Assembly: GCA_963422645.2 (NCBI GenBank)
Contig: CAXXVO010000006.1
Location: 232,390-296,389, forward strand
Direction: 5' to 3'
Source: Alphaproteobacteria bacterium
GTDB taxonomy: Bacteria; Pseudomonadota; Alphaproteobacteria; UBA828
DNA: 64,000 nucleotides
Shown: positions 34,426-44,586 of the stretch, one piece after another
Numbering within the stretch: position 1 is the first letter of the stretch
Layout: every line of letters begins with the position of its first letter
Position numbers and translations under genes: made by a program
Notes under the pieces: model-generated
The model's database searches: none
Told to the model about the DNA's origin: nothing
Seen by the model: only the letters and a program-made list of their open reading frames with translations

Positions 34426-34782
34426 ATGTCGAGACCAGTCGAATGGGTTGGTTCGAGCAAGATGGATCTGAAGCGGTTTCCGGAGCCCGTGCAGGACCGC
34501 ATGGGCTTTGCGATCTACCAGGCCCAGACCGGCCTGCAACACCACGACGCCAAGCCGCTCAAGGGCTTCGGTTCCGGCGTTCTGGAGGTCCTGGCGCGCC
34601 ACGACGGCGACACCTTCAGGGCCGTCTACACGGTCCGGTTCCAGGCGGCGGTCTATGTCCTGCACGCCTTCCAGAAGAAGGCGAGGCGGGGCATCGCCAC
34701 GCCGAAGAAGGATCTCGATCTGGTCCGGCAGCGGCTGAGAGTCGCCGAGCGTCATTACCGGGACACGCATGGCGGAGGGTAG
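34426..34782 (+). CDS. Type II TA toxin, RelE/ParE superfamily (HigB/Gp49-like)
   Basis: WVGSS..DL, KPLKGFG, FRAVY and VYVLHAFQKK motifs. Confidence 0.88.
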   Translation: MSRPVEWVGSSKMDLKRFPEPVQDRMGFAIYQAQTGLQHHDAKPLKGFGSGVLEVLARHDGDTFRAVYTVRFQAAVYVLHAFQKKARRGIATPKKDLDLVRQRLRVAERHYRDTHGGG

Positions 34783-34786
34783 AACC

Positions 34787-35125
34787 ATGACCACATCCGA
34801 CGCGACAGTCGAACGCGGCGGCGGCAACGTCTTCGCCGACCTCGGCCTTCCCGAGGCCGACACGCACCTGCTGAAGGCGGAACTGGTCGGCCGCATCGAC
34901 GCCATCCTCCGCCAGCGCGACATCACCCAGACCGAGGCCGCACGCCTGCTGGGCCTGTCCCAGCCGGACGTGTCGCGGCTCCTGCGCGGCGATTTCCGCG
35001 AATATTCGCTGGAGCGCCTGTTGCGCCTCCTGACGGCGCTCGGCCGCGATATCGACATCGTCATCCGGCAGCCCCGTTCGGATACCGCCGGCAGGCTGCG
35101 CGTCGCCGCCACCGAAGCCATCTGA
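34787..35125 (+). CDS. XRE-family HTH antitoxin (HigA-like)
   Basis: GNVFADLG, TQTEAARLLGLSQPDVSRL and YSLERL; downstream of the toxin. Confidence 0.88.
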   Translation: MTTSDATVERGGGNVFADLGLPEADTHLLKAELVGRIDAILRQRDITQTEAARLLGLSQPDVSRLLRGDFREYSLERLLRLLTALGRDIDIVIRQPRSDTAGRLRVAATEAI

Positions 35126-35705
35126 ACCACCCGGGACCGCGGAGATCCTGCCGCGCGCCGCCTTCGCGCCTGCATCGCCAGCGACCGCCATGCGATCCAC
35201 ACGGGCCGGCTGAGCGCGACCGCACCGGCGGCGACCGCCGCCGGACCCGACAACCCCGCGAGCATCGACGCCGCCACCATGAAAGGGCCGAGTGCGATTC
35301 CCGGCGCCCGGACGCCCCGCCGGTAACCGAGACGCCACAGCCTCCGGCAACCGAGCGCCAGCAGCCGGCCGCGTCGAACACCAACGATCCTGCCGCCATC
35401 GGCAGCATCGCCGCCTGCCCCGGACCCCGATCCGGGGGCACCAAGTCACCGACCTCGGGCAGGCCGTGTTCCGGCCCGAAGCGCACCGCCGCCTGTACCG
35501 GGCTCCGACCGGCAGCTACCACAGCGCCGGCGGCCAGAGCTCCCATCGTCCCACGGTTTCCCGTCTCCTCACGCCTCGCCCCGATGCGCGCGCCGCTTCC
35601 AGGCCCGTCCTGCCCTCGTGCATGCCGGGGTTGGAGGACAGCCCGGGGAGGGCGATGGCCGCAAGCGAGAGAGAGGCCTGCGGCCGCTACCGGGGAGGTT
35701 ACGAC

Positions 35706-36233
35706 ATGACGACGCTCATCTACGCCGGCATCGGCGCCCGCGCCACACCCGAACATGTGGTCGCCGACATGACCGTGATGGCGGAATGGCTGGCGCACGC
35801 CGGCTGGCATCTCGCGAGCGGCGGCGCGAAGGGGGCCGATACCGCGTTTGCCGGGGGCGCGCCGGCCGAAAAGCGGACACTGTATCTGCCGTGGCGCGGC
35901 TACAACGGGCATGGCGGGCTGGACTGCCGGGTGCTGTCCCCGTCGGAACTGGAAGCCTGCATGAGCCTCGCCGCCCGTCTGCACCCCGCCTGGAACCGCT
36001 GCTCGCCCGCCGTGCGCAAGCTCCATGCGCGCAACGCCGCAGTCGTGCTCGGGCCCCGCCTCGACCGGCCCGTCCATGCCATCGTGTGCTGGTCTCCCGA
36101 TGGCGAGATCGTGGGCGGAACCGGCATGGCGCTGCGCATCGCGGCCGAGCACGGCATTCCGGTGCTGAACCTCGGCGTCCTCTCTCCGCGCACGGCCTGC
36201 GAGCGCCTGCTGGCCATCCGCCGCGCGGCCTGA
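35706..36233 (+). CDS. Phage-type DprA-like / SLOG-superfamily protein
   Basis: YAGIGAR.TP, SGGAKGAD, LYLPW, HARN and GGTG.A...A..HGIPVLNL motifs; GGAGG RBS. Confidence 0.75.
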   Translation: MTTLIYAGIGARATPEHVVADMTVMAEWLAHAGWHLASGGAKGADTAFAGGAPAEKRTLYLPWRGYNGHGGLDCRVLSPSELEACMSLAARLHPAWNRCSPAVRKLHARNAAVVLGPRLDRPVHAIVCWSPDGEIVGGTGMALRIAAEHGIPVLNLGVLSPRTACERLLAIRRAA

Positions 36234-36351
36234 CCCTCTCCGCAGTTCGAGTCAGAGCGGTGCGGAGTGCCGGGCGAACGCCCGGCTGCGAGAGAGGGAG
36301 ACGGTCTCCCGCCGCTGCCGGATGCGGCAACCGGTACAGGAGACCCCAGCC

Positions 36352-36546
36352 ATGTTCTACACCGACCCCGACTTCCCCGTCACCGGCGAGCAGGCGCTTG
36401 CCGAACTCGGCATCGACCCCCGCGCCATGCACGACGCCATCGAGGACGACCGCGCCCGGCGCTGTCCCGACCGGGACGCCGTGTACCCGGAGCGGCGCAT
36501 CGCGGACCTCCACGGCGAATCGCCCTTCCGCCACGCGGCGGAGTGA
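36352..36546 (+). CDS. Small hypothetical protein (64 aa)
   Basis: AGGAG RBS; same strand as its neighbours. Confidence 0.45.
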   Translation: MFYTDPDFPVTGEQALAELGIDPRAMHDAIEDDRARRCPDRDAVYPERRIADLHGESPFRHAAE

Positions 36547-36653
36547 GAGGAGGGCTTGAAGAGGGTGAACGGGAAGGGGCCGGGGAGTGAGTCCCCCGGT
36601 CCCCGACCGGTCGCAACCCATCGTCATCAACCAGCCTTGCAAGGAGAATCGCC

Positions 36654-36881
36654 ATGGCATTCGGACTGAACCGGGTGGAACTCATTGGCCGCCTCGGCGC
36701 CGACGTCACCGTCAATCACCTGACCAGCGGCGGGCGCGTCGCCAACCTGTCGGTCGCGACCGACGAGTCGTACATCAACAAGCAGACCGGCGAGCGGGTC
36801 GACAAGACCGAGTGGCACCGCATCGTCACCTTCCAGGACGGGCTCATCTCGATGTTCGAGAAACATCATGATCAAGGATAG
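36654..36881 (+). pseudogene. ssb: Single-stranded DNA-binding protein, truncated
   Basis: LNRVELIGRLGAD, LSVATDE and TEWHRIV motifs; stops before the second half of the OB fold. Confidence 0.85.
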
Positions 36882-37043
36882 ACAGGAATGCGTCCGACTT
36901 CGATGGAGACGACATAAGTATCATTTTTTCATTGGATTATAGGGGAATCGGTTCGGAAGTTACGACACATGGGACGCGCTGCCGTGCGCGTCGGTTTCTT
37001 TTCCGGTGTTGATAATCGTGTTGCCCGGTGCCATGCTCCCGGC

Positions 37044-38309
37044 ATGGAAAACCGACACTCTGGAAAACGCATCGCGAGGGTCAGGACCCACCTGACCAAG
37101 CGCACCGTCGAGGCGCTTGCCCCCGCCGACAAGTCCTGGATCGCCTGGGACGACAGGCTCACCGGCTTCGGCGTGCGGGTTCAGCCCTCGGGCACCAAGT
37201 CCTTCATCGTCAACTACCGTCTTGGCGACGGCGGGCGCAGGGCGCCCAACAAGCGCGTCGTCATCGGACGCTTCGGCCGCATGGCGCCCGACGAGGCGCG
37301 GAAGAAGGCCCAGGACCTGCTCGGGCGCGTCGCCCGGGGCGAGGATCCGGCCGGCGAGCGGGCCGAGGCGCGCGGCGTACCGACGCTGGCCGAGGCGTTC
37401 GAGACCTACATGAAGGCCAATCCCAACCGGGCGGCCAACACCGTCCGGCTCTACCGCCAGAACCTGCGGGTCAATCTCGGCGACTGGCTGAAGCGCCCGC
37501 TCGACAGCATCACCCGGCAGGACGTGGAGGACCGGTTCAATCTCGTCAACGCCAGGCACGGCTGGGCGGGGGCCAACCAGACGCTCTCGATGCTGCGTTC
37601 GATCTACCGCCGGCCCTGCGCCGACCACGAGAACCTGCGCAATCCCGTCGAACTGTGGCTGGCGGCCGGGGGCCGCTTCAACCGCATGCGGCGGCGGCGG
37701 ATCTCGTCGCCGGCCGAGGTGTTGCCGCGCTGGCGCGCAGGCATCGAGGCGGTGGAGCTGGAACCGGCCATCCGAGACATCTTCCTGATCGGCCTCTACA
37801 CCGGCATGCGCATGGGCGAGGTCGTGTCGCTGCGCTGGGAGCGGTTGGACCTTGAACGGCGCATCCTCAGAGTCGAGGAGACCAAGACCGGGGAGCCGCT
37901 TGAGCTTCCGATCACCCGGCAGCTCGCCGCGATCTTCGAGCGTCGCCGGGCGGAGGCCGACGAGCCGGACCTGGAGCCCGAGGGCTGGCTCTTTCCGGCC
38001 CCCAGGAAAGCCGCGTCGGGCCACGTCTCGCAGCTTTCGCAGTTCTATCCCGACATCACCAGGGCCGGCGGCACCCGCTTCTGGTTCCACGGCCTGCGCA
38101 ACGCCTTCATCACGGTGGCCGAGCGCGAGCTGATGCTGCCGCGCTCGCTGACCAAGCGGCTGGTCAATCATGCACGGCCAACCGACGTGACCGAGGGCTA
38201 CGCGGCGGACTGGACGGTCGAGCAGCTCCGCGAGCCGGCGCAGCGGGTGGCGGATCGGATCGACGAGCTGACGAATGCGAAGGCCCACACAAACCGCGCG
38301 GCAGCATAG
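37044..38309 (+). CDS. Tyrosine recombinase/integrase with N-terminal arm-binding domain
   Basis: WDDRLTGFGVRV arm-binding motif; catalytic R (TGMR), K (TKTG), HGLR, H (VNH) and Y (EGY). Confidence 0.92.
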   Translation: MENRHSGKRIARVRTHLTKRTVEALAPADKSWIAWDDRLTGFGVRVQPSGTKSFIVNYRLGDGGRRAPNKRVVIGRFGRMAPDEARKKAQDLLGRVARGEDPAGERAEARGVPTLAEAFETYMKANPNRAANTVRLYRQNLRVNLGDWLKRPLDSITRQDVEDRFNLVNARHGWAGANQTLSMLRSIYRRPCADHENLRNPVELWLAAGGRFNRMRRRRISSPAEVLPRWRAGIEAVELEPAIRDIFLIGLYTGMRMGEVVSLRWERLDLERRILRVEETKTGEPLELPITRQLAAIFERRRAEADEPDLEPEGWLFPAPRKAASGHVSQLSQFYPDITRAGGTRFWFHGLRNAFITVAERELMLPRSLTKRLVNHARPTDVTEGYAADWTVEQLREPAQRVADRIDELTNAKAHTNRAAA

Positions 38310-38573
38310 AGCGATCACCACGGGCAGCGTGTGATTACGGTCGACTGGTCAACTTGAACTGTGAGGATGACATCATGCACCAACTGATGCACGATATACC
38401 AAAGCTCGACAATGCAGCACTTGGTGGTAACGCCGAATCCGAGGACCATGACGCCATGATCCGCCCTGCCAAATCGCTGCGTCGTGGTTCGTTCGTCGCT
38501 CGATGCGCGAATTTCTCGGACCGCAAGAACGCAATGGCACTACCCGGGTCGAAAGCCGCAGCGGTTCCCGGAG

Positions 38574-40319
38574 ATGCGTAAGATGGCCGAAGCCCTGAGC
38601 AACCTGTCGCCGCTGGCCAGCCAAGTCTCCTTGCCCGGTTTTTGCCCCGTGCAGGATGCACTCGGAAGCCTGTCGCAGGCTGGCACGGAAGCGCGAGGCG
38701 CGTTCTTCACGCGTCGGGAGGTTGTCGAGTTCATCCTCGACCTTGTAGGCTATACTGTTGATCGACCGCTATACGACCTGTCCCTTCTGGAACCGTCCTT
38801 CGGCGACGGCGACTTCCTTCTCGTCGCTGTTGAGCGGCTTCTCAAAGCGTGGCGGCGTCGAAGAAAACCAGTTCCGGTACAGGATCTGGCGTCATGCATC
38901 CGTGCCGTCGAACTCCATCGAAGCACTTTCGAATCGACCCGCACCAAGTTGCTTCAGCAGCTTTGTGAAGCGGGAATCGATTGCGAGGGCGCAACGGCGC
39001 TCGCAAGCCAATGGCTTGTTCATAGCGATTATCTGCTGGTCGAATTGCCGTCCGAGTTTGCGTTCGTGGTCGGCAATCCGCCGTATGTTCGTCAGGAGCT
39101 CATTCCCGACGCGCTTGTTGCCGAATATCGGGCGCGATATACGACCGTCTTTGATCGGGCCGACCTCTACATTCCCTTCATAGAGCGTTCGGTGAAGCAG
39201 CTTTCGGCCAAGGGAAAGGTCGGCATCATATGCGCGGACAGGTGGGTCAAAAACCGCTATGGCGGGCCGTTGCGACAGCTCCTGTCGGAGCAATTTCATC
39301 TCCACGTCTATGTGGATATGGTCGATACGCCCGCCTTCCATTCGGAGGTTATCGCTTATCCGGCAATATTCGTGATCGGGCGAGGGAAGGCTGCACTGAC
39401 ACGCGTCGCTCGCCGTCCCGAGATCAGCAGAGAGGCATTGACCTCGCTTGCCTGCCAACTTCTGGACCGCGAGAAGCCTGCATCGGGCGGGCCCGTAGCG
39501 GACCTTACCAGTATTGCCGATGGCGCACAGCCCTGGATACTGGAGTCCTCCGACCGGCTAGAAATCGTTCGGCGACTGGAACGGGACCTCCCCTGCATCG
39601 AGGAAGCGGGATGCAGGGTTGGCATCGGGGTTGCCACGGGAGCGGACGGAGCGTTCATCGGTCGATATGACGAGCTCGATGTCGAAGACGATCGCAAGCT
39701 GCCGCTTGCGACGACGCGCGACATCTTGTCGGGAGAAGTCCGGTGGCGAGGACTGGGGATCGTCAATCCGTTTGCCGAAGGAGGCGGACTTGTCGACCTC
39801 GCGCACTACCCACGATTGAAGCGGTATCTGGAAGATAGAAGAGACGAGATCGCCAAGCGCCACGTTGCCCGGAAGACGCCTGCCAACTGGTACCGCACCA
39901 TTGATCGCATCTATCCCGTGCTTGCCGCAACACCCAAGCTCCTGATTCCGGATATCAAGGGAGAAGCCCATGTCGTCTATGAGGAGGGTCGCCTGTATCC
40001 GCACCACAATCTGTATTTCGTGACTTCACGCGATTGGGACCTTCGTGCTCTTCGGGCCGTCCTGCTTTCCGGGATCGCCAAACTATTCATCGGCACCTAT
40101 TCGACGCGAATGCGGGGCGGCTATCTGCGGTTCCAGGCGCAGTATCTGCGGAGGATTCGCCTCCCCCGCTGGTCATGTGTCCCACGCGATACGGCGACCT
40201 CCCTTATCGACGCCTCCACCTCGGGAGACGTTAACGCCTGCAATCAACTCGTCTTCGAGCTGTATAACCTGAATTCCGAAGAGCGTGCCGTCCTCAGCAG
40301 CCACGCTGCCGAACACTGA
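38574..40319 (+). CDS. Type II N6-adenine DNA methyltransferase (M.PaeR7I/XhoI-like)
   Basis: [26 protein letters not shown] and ADLYIPF motifs; start codon uncertain. Confidence 0.9.
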   Translation: MRKMAEALSNLSPLASQVSLPGFCPVQDALGSLSQAGTEARGAFFTRREVVEFILDLVGYTVDRPLYDLSLLEPSFGDGDFLLVAVERLLKAWRRRRKPVPVQDLASCIRAVELHRSTFESTRTKLLQQLCEAGIDCEGATALASQWLVHSDYLLVELPSEFAFVVGNPPYVRQELIPDALVAEYRARYTTVFDRADLYIPFIERSVKQLSAKGKVGIICADRWVKNRYGGPLRQLLSEQFHLHVYVDMVDTPAFHSEVIAYPAIFVIGRGKAALTRVARRPEISREALTSLACQLLDREKPASGGPVADLTSIADGAQPWILESSDRLEIVRRLERDLPCIEEAGCRVGIGVATGADGAFIGRYDELDVEDDRKLPLATTRDILSGEVRWRGLGIVNPFAEGGGLVDLAHYPRLKRYLEDRRDEIAKRHVARKTPANWYRTIDRIYPVLAATPKLLIPDIKGEAHVVYEEGRLYPHHNLYFVTSRDWDLRALRAVLLSGIAKLFIGTYSTRMRGGYLRFQAQYLRRIRLPRWSCVPRDTATSLIDASTSGDVNACNQLVFELYNLNSEERAVLSSHAAEH

Positions 40320-40335
40320 CCGTGGGAGGAGCGGA

Positions 40336-41079
40336 GTGCCGATCGACTTGCTCGATTACGAACAGAGGGCTCGCGCGGCGGTGCAGGCCTTTTGGGCAAC
40401 CCGTCAGACAGCGCGTCAAAGGCAAATCGAGTCCGGCAAGGCCGACCAGGGCGAACGCGCGGGCGTGACTGCCGGGAAAAACATGGACGGCTTCATCGGC
40501 CTTGTCGGTGATCTGGTCAGGGCCAATGGACTTGCCCACGCGAACATCTACCGCAAACGGCGCGTCGTAACGCTGCCGGGCTTCTTTCGGCCCACAAAGC
40601 TTTGGGATGTCGTTGTTATCGATGGAGGCCGGCTGATCGCGGCACTGGAGTTCAAGAGCCAAGTTGGCCCGTCATTCGGCAACAACTTCAACAACCGGAC
40701 GGAGGAGGCAATCGGTTCGGCCTACGACCTTTGGACGGCCTATCGCGAAGGGGCCTTCGGCGAACAGCCCCGGCCGTTCGTCGGCTGGCTGATCCTGGTC
40801 GAGGATGCTGAAGGTTCCCGCAGGCCGATCGGCGACGCTTCTCCGCATTTCCCGATCTTCCGTGAATTCAGGGGTGCGTCCTACGCGGACCGTTACAATA
40901 TCCTGTGCCGCAAGCTTGTGCAGGAACGGCTTTATTCGGCGGCGTCGGTGCTGATGTCACCACGTTCGGCTTCCGATGACGGCGCATTTACGGAGTTGAG
41001 CGAGCTGACCGGCTTGAGGACTTTCGTAGCGGGATTGGCCGGGCACGTCGCGACCGAAGGAGCTCGCGTCCGTCGATAG
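40336..41079 (+). CDS. PaeR7I/XhoI-family type II restriction endonuclease
   Basis: [19 protein letters not shown] and [23 protein letters not shown] motifs. Confidence 0.88.
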   Translation: MPIDLLDYEQRARAAVQAFWATRQTARQRQIESGKADQGERAGVTAGKNMDGFIGLVGDLVRANGLAHANIYRKRRVVTLPGFFRPTKLWDVVVIDGGRLIAALEFKSQVGPSFGNNFNNRTEEAIGSAYDLWTAYREGAFGEQPRPFVGWLILVEDAEGSRRPIGDASPHFPIFREFRGASYADRYNILCRKLVQERLYSAASVLMSPRSASDDGAFTELSELTGLRTFVAGLAGHVATEGARVRR

Positions 41080-41140
41080 AGCGCTCGCTCGCTGTCCACG
41101 GCCCGAGAGTTCGGCGTCCTGAGCGGTACCAAAAAAGGCT

Positions 41141-41690
41141 TCAAGCGGTGCAGGCGAACAAACCGCCGCCCTTGTGCGCCGTTCGCCCGATGGCCAGCGG
41201 CCCGGTTTGCGCTGCCGTAAAGGCGAGCCGCAGCCGACCCGATAACCCACCGCGCGGCCCGCGCCGCGCCGCAAGGATTTCCACGGTCTGCAGCGCCGGC
41301 CAGCCGATACGGAAAGTTCGGCCTGGACATCGACCTTCAGCGCCTCTTCGTCAGTAAGCCGACGACGATGACGGGTGACGCAGTAGTCCGTGACGCTTTG
41401 CCAGACCCACGCCGAAGAAAATAGCGGCTCGGTGTCCGCATCGAGCATCGAAGGAACGAGAACCAATCGGCCCACTTTGCCCGCACGCAGCAATTCCGTG
41501 CCTTCCAACGCCTTCGCGGTATAACGGTGTTCGGCGGCGATGTCACGCCAGCGCACGCCGCCGAGCTGCAAATAGTTTGGCGCGATGTTGAGGATGCACC
41601 GTCTCGGAGGATCCGTGACGACAGCGATATGGCGGTGTTAGCCACCGCCGACCGGATGGCCTCTATAGCCCGGTCCGATTGCTACCGGCT
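41141..41690 (-). pseudogene. csb2: Relic of type I-G (I-U) CRISPR-associated Csb2 (Cas5/6), C-terminal half
   Basis: HRHIAVVTD...LRAG..GRL...WQSVTDY..TRH, then after a frameshift near 41312 RGPRGGLSGRLRLAF...GPLAIGRTAHKGGGLF (Cas6-type Gly-rich loop); in-frame stop at 41638-41640. Upstream boundary approximate. Confidence 0.7.
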
Positions 41691-42022
41691 GGAGCGACAG
41701 TTGCCGGGCGGGATTTGTCTCCCCTGAGGAATGGCGCATTTCCACGGCGCGCTGAACCCCTTCCTTCCCTCGCACGTTCGACCCGCGTCTCGTGACCATC
41801 GCCCGGTCGCCTCCGGAGCTGCGCAAATGTCTCCGATAGGCCTGTTCGGGAGATCGGCCATCACAGCGAACTTTCATCCTGTCGCCGTCGGCAAGTCCAT
41901 CGCATCGCCCATGCCCAGCCGTCTCCCGCATTCCCGGCCGCCCGGATCCTTGCGCGGAACCACCTTCTGCGCCGTGTCCCTCAGGAAACATCACGGCTGC
42001 GGATTGCGGCCGCTTCTCGATT

Positions 42023-42195
42023 CCTGATTACGTACGATCCTCATGTTCGAGGCGCCAGACCGGTGCGGAAACCGAATTTGGGCCACAGAGATGGTGTCGT
42101 GCAGCCCATTCGGACCGATTCGGCGGCCGTTGCGGGCTCCTCAGGGCGCAATCCCCGTGGTCGATCGAGCAAGATGAGCTTAGTGCGTAATCAGG
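42023..42195. mobile_element. 173-bp MITE with IS1595-type ends, inserted in the first CRISPR repeat
   Basis: IRs CCTGATTACGTAC / GTGCGTAATCAGG; 8-bp duplication TCTCGATT at 42015-42022 and 42196-42203. Confidence 0.85.
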
Positions 42196-43051
42196 TCTCG
42201 ATTTGCTACAGTAGAGACTGTGACCTTCCTTTCCCTTCTCTCGCTGCGGATTGCGGCCGCTTCTCGATTTGCTACAGTGCCGTGAGGTAGCGCACGTAGC
42301 CACAGCAGCTGCGGATTGCGGCCGCTTCTCGATTTGCTACAGTCGGGTCGAGAAAGACCATCCCCGTCGTCTCGCTGCGGATTGCGGCCGCTTCTCGATT
42401 TGCTACAGTCGCCAAGAAGGAGGATGTGACGATGGAAGCGCTGCGGATTGCGGCCGCTTCTCGATTTGCTACAGTGCACAGGTTGGCCTTGAAAACCCCA
42501 CTCAAGCTGCGGATTGCGGCCGCTTCTCGATTTGCTACAGTACGGAACATCAAACACCATCGGAAATATTGGCTGCGGATTGCGGCCGCTTCTCGATTTG
42601 CTACAGTCAGCCTCCCCAAAGGACTCAACGTCGAATGGCTGCGGATTGCGGCCGCTTCTCGATTTGCTACAGTCATCCTCAATGCCTTCCGACAACCCGC
42701 CCCGCTGCGGATTGCGGCCGCTTCTCGATTTGCTACAGTGGCTGACGATGTGGACTGTACGGGAGAAGTGCTGCGGATTGCGGCCGCTTCTCGATTTGCT
42801 ACAGTGCGGACCTGGTGGGGTATTGTGGTGCTGTCGCTGCGGATTGCGGCCGCTTCTCGATTTGCTACAGTCAATGAAGTTCCTGTGTAACTGCCCAGGT
42901 ACCCCCTCTCTCTTATGGAACAAGCCAGTTCCTTTTGCGTCAACGCCCCCACGCCGCGGGGGTGCCTACTCTCTTGAGCGCGAGAGGATGATGAACGCCG
43001 CGTCGCGAACAAGATGAGAGGACAGCGATACTCAGGATGAGCCGGAGAAGT

Positions 43052-44584
43052 TCAGGAGCGCAGTATAGGGATCAGCTGCATCGGTTCCGGGTGCGCCAGG
43101 ATTTGCAGGATGTTCCAGCCTTGCTTTCGAGCGGTGACGATGACGCTGCGCATTCCGGCGAAGTTGCAGGCGCCTTGCAGGGAGCGGAAGCCGCCTGAGA
43201 TCTTCTCATGCACTTTGTTCATACGGATGTCACGCTCCGCCTCGTTATTCGTGAACGGCGTGCGCAGGTCGGTGAGGAAGCGCAGGCAGCCCTCCTTATG
43301 CTTTTGAAGGCGGCGCGCGAGGTTGTGGCCGATGCGGCGTTTCTTTCGCCCTCGCTTTGCGATCTGGAGCGGCGGTTGGGCCTCATGGAAGGCGATGGCT
43401 TCTTCGAGGATACGGTCCCATGCCCTTGAGATGCGGGCCACCAGGGAGGCGGGGACTTGACGGTCTTTCTCACGGGCGAAGCGGGCGGCCCTGCGCGCGC
43501 GCTGAAGCAGGCGGTGCATGCTCGCCGCCCATTCCTCCTTCTCGATGTCGATCAGGGCCTGGAGTTCGCGCAGGTGATGTGCGTTGCAGGCGCCGTGGCG
43601 GACGCCCTTGATGGTGAAGTAGGGGGCGAAGTCGTCGTGGACGAGGATGCCTTTCAGGTTCTTTTCGACATCGCCGCGTCCCTCGCCGATGCGCAGGACG
43701 GTGAGCAACGGGGTGCACAGCACATGGAGCCAGCGGGTACGGGCGGCGATACGCAGGCCGGTCTCGTCGAGGTGCTTGACCGGCGCCTGCGTGCGGATCA
43801 GATCGGCGACATGGTCGAGGAAGCCCTCGAAGCGCTGCGCTGTGCGCCGGCCCATGGCGGCGATCGTGGCAGTGGAGATGGACACCGCGAAGATGTCGCT
43901 CATGAGTTCGGCCAGACGCTTCTCGGGCACGAACTGGGCGTACAGCAGGTAACTCACCCAAGCGGTGATGCGAGGGCCGTACTGGACCGGGGCGGTGACG
44001 CCCGGCGGGAAGGCGGCTCGTGTCAGCGTGCCGCATGCGCCGCAGAGGCAGCGATGGGCGCGGTGTTCGGTGACCTCGAGAGGCTGCGGCTCGGGTACGT
44101 CGAAGACCTGCCGACAGGCGGGCGCGCCTTGCCGGTCGGCGTCCGAGAGCTCGACGCCACAGCCGGAACAGGTGGAGGGGTGGTGATCGACGACACGGTC
44201 CGGGCTGTCGCTCCGCGCGAGGGTGGTTCCCTTGTGGCCGGGCTGGCCGCCACTGGGCCCGCCGGACTTTCCGCGCTGGCTTTGGGTGCGCCTCTGGGCT
44301 CCGCTTTTCTTCTTGAGCCCGTCGCTGGCGGGGGGCTTGCTGCTTGTGGTGCTGTTGAGGGCCGCGCTGCGCTCGAGTTCGGCGATGCGCTCGCGCAGGG
44401 CCGCGTTCTCCTGCTCGAGTGCGGCATTTTCCCGGGCGAGCGCGGTGGCTGATCGCAGCAGCCCCTGCCCCCATTCCCGGACGGCAACGACGACAGTGGT
44501 TGCGAGGGATGATGGCTCGAGAAGCTCCTTCAGGCAGCAGAAGGCCTCGTTACGGGCGGCGAGGTCTTCGTGCCAGTGCGACAC
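43052..44584 (-). CDS. IS66-family transposase
   Basis: Coiled coil, NSTTSSKPPASD, GGQPGHKG, CxxC zinc ribbon, HLDETG, CNAHHLREL and TNNEAERDIR; start codon uncertain. Confidence 0.92.
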   Translation of the reverse strand: MSHWHEDLAARNEAFCCLKELLEPSSLATTVVVAVREWGQGLLRSATALARENAALEQENAALRERIAELERSAALNSTTSSKPPASDGLKKKSGAQRRTQSQRGKSGGPSGGQPGHKGTTLARSDSPDRVVDHHPSTCSGCGVELSDADRQGAPACRQVFDVPEPQPLEVTEHRAHRCLCGACGTLTRAAFPPGVTAPVQYGPRITAWVSYLLYAQFVPEKRLAELMSDIFAVSISTATIAAMGRRTAQRFEGFLDHVADLIRTQAPVKHLDETGLRIAARTRWLHVLCTPLLTVLRIGEGRGDVEKNLKGILVHDDFAPYFTIKGVRHGACNAHHLRELQALIDIEKEEWAASMHRLLQRARRAARFAREKDRQVPASLVARISRAWDRILEEAIAFHEAQPPLQIAKRGRKKRRIGHNLARRLQKHKEGCLRFLTDLRTPFTNNEAERDIRMNKVHEKISGGFRSLQGACNFAGMRSVIVTARKQGWNILQILAHPEPMQLIPILRS

Positions 44585-44586
44585 CG

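Noticed and set aside
35292-35705. N-terminal extension of the DprA-like ORF
   Set aside because: Arg/Pro-rich with no domain character; a good RBS and ATG occur at 35706.
41925-41965. Possible degenerate 15th repeat (ATTCCCGGCCGC...TTGC)
   Set aside because: Similarity is weak in GC-rich DNA and the spacing does not fit the 66-bp period.
36860-41993. 9-bp GAAACATCA match at the ssb break and before the array, as possible attL/attR
   Set aside because: Too short, and the sequence after the second copy does not continue ssb.
42028-43017. ORFs with repeating peptides (CSKSRSGRNPQ, TVANREAAAIRS)
   Set aside because: These are translations of the CRISPR repeats, not proteins.
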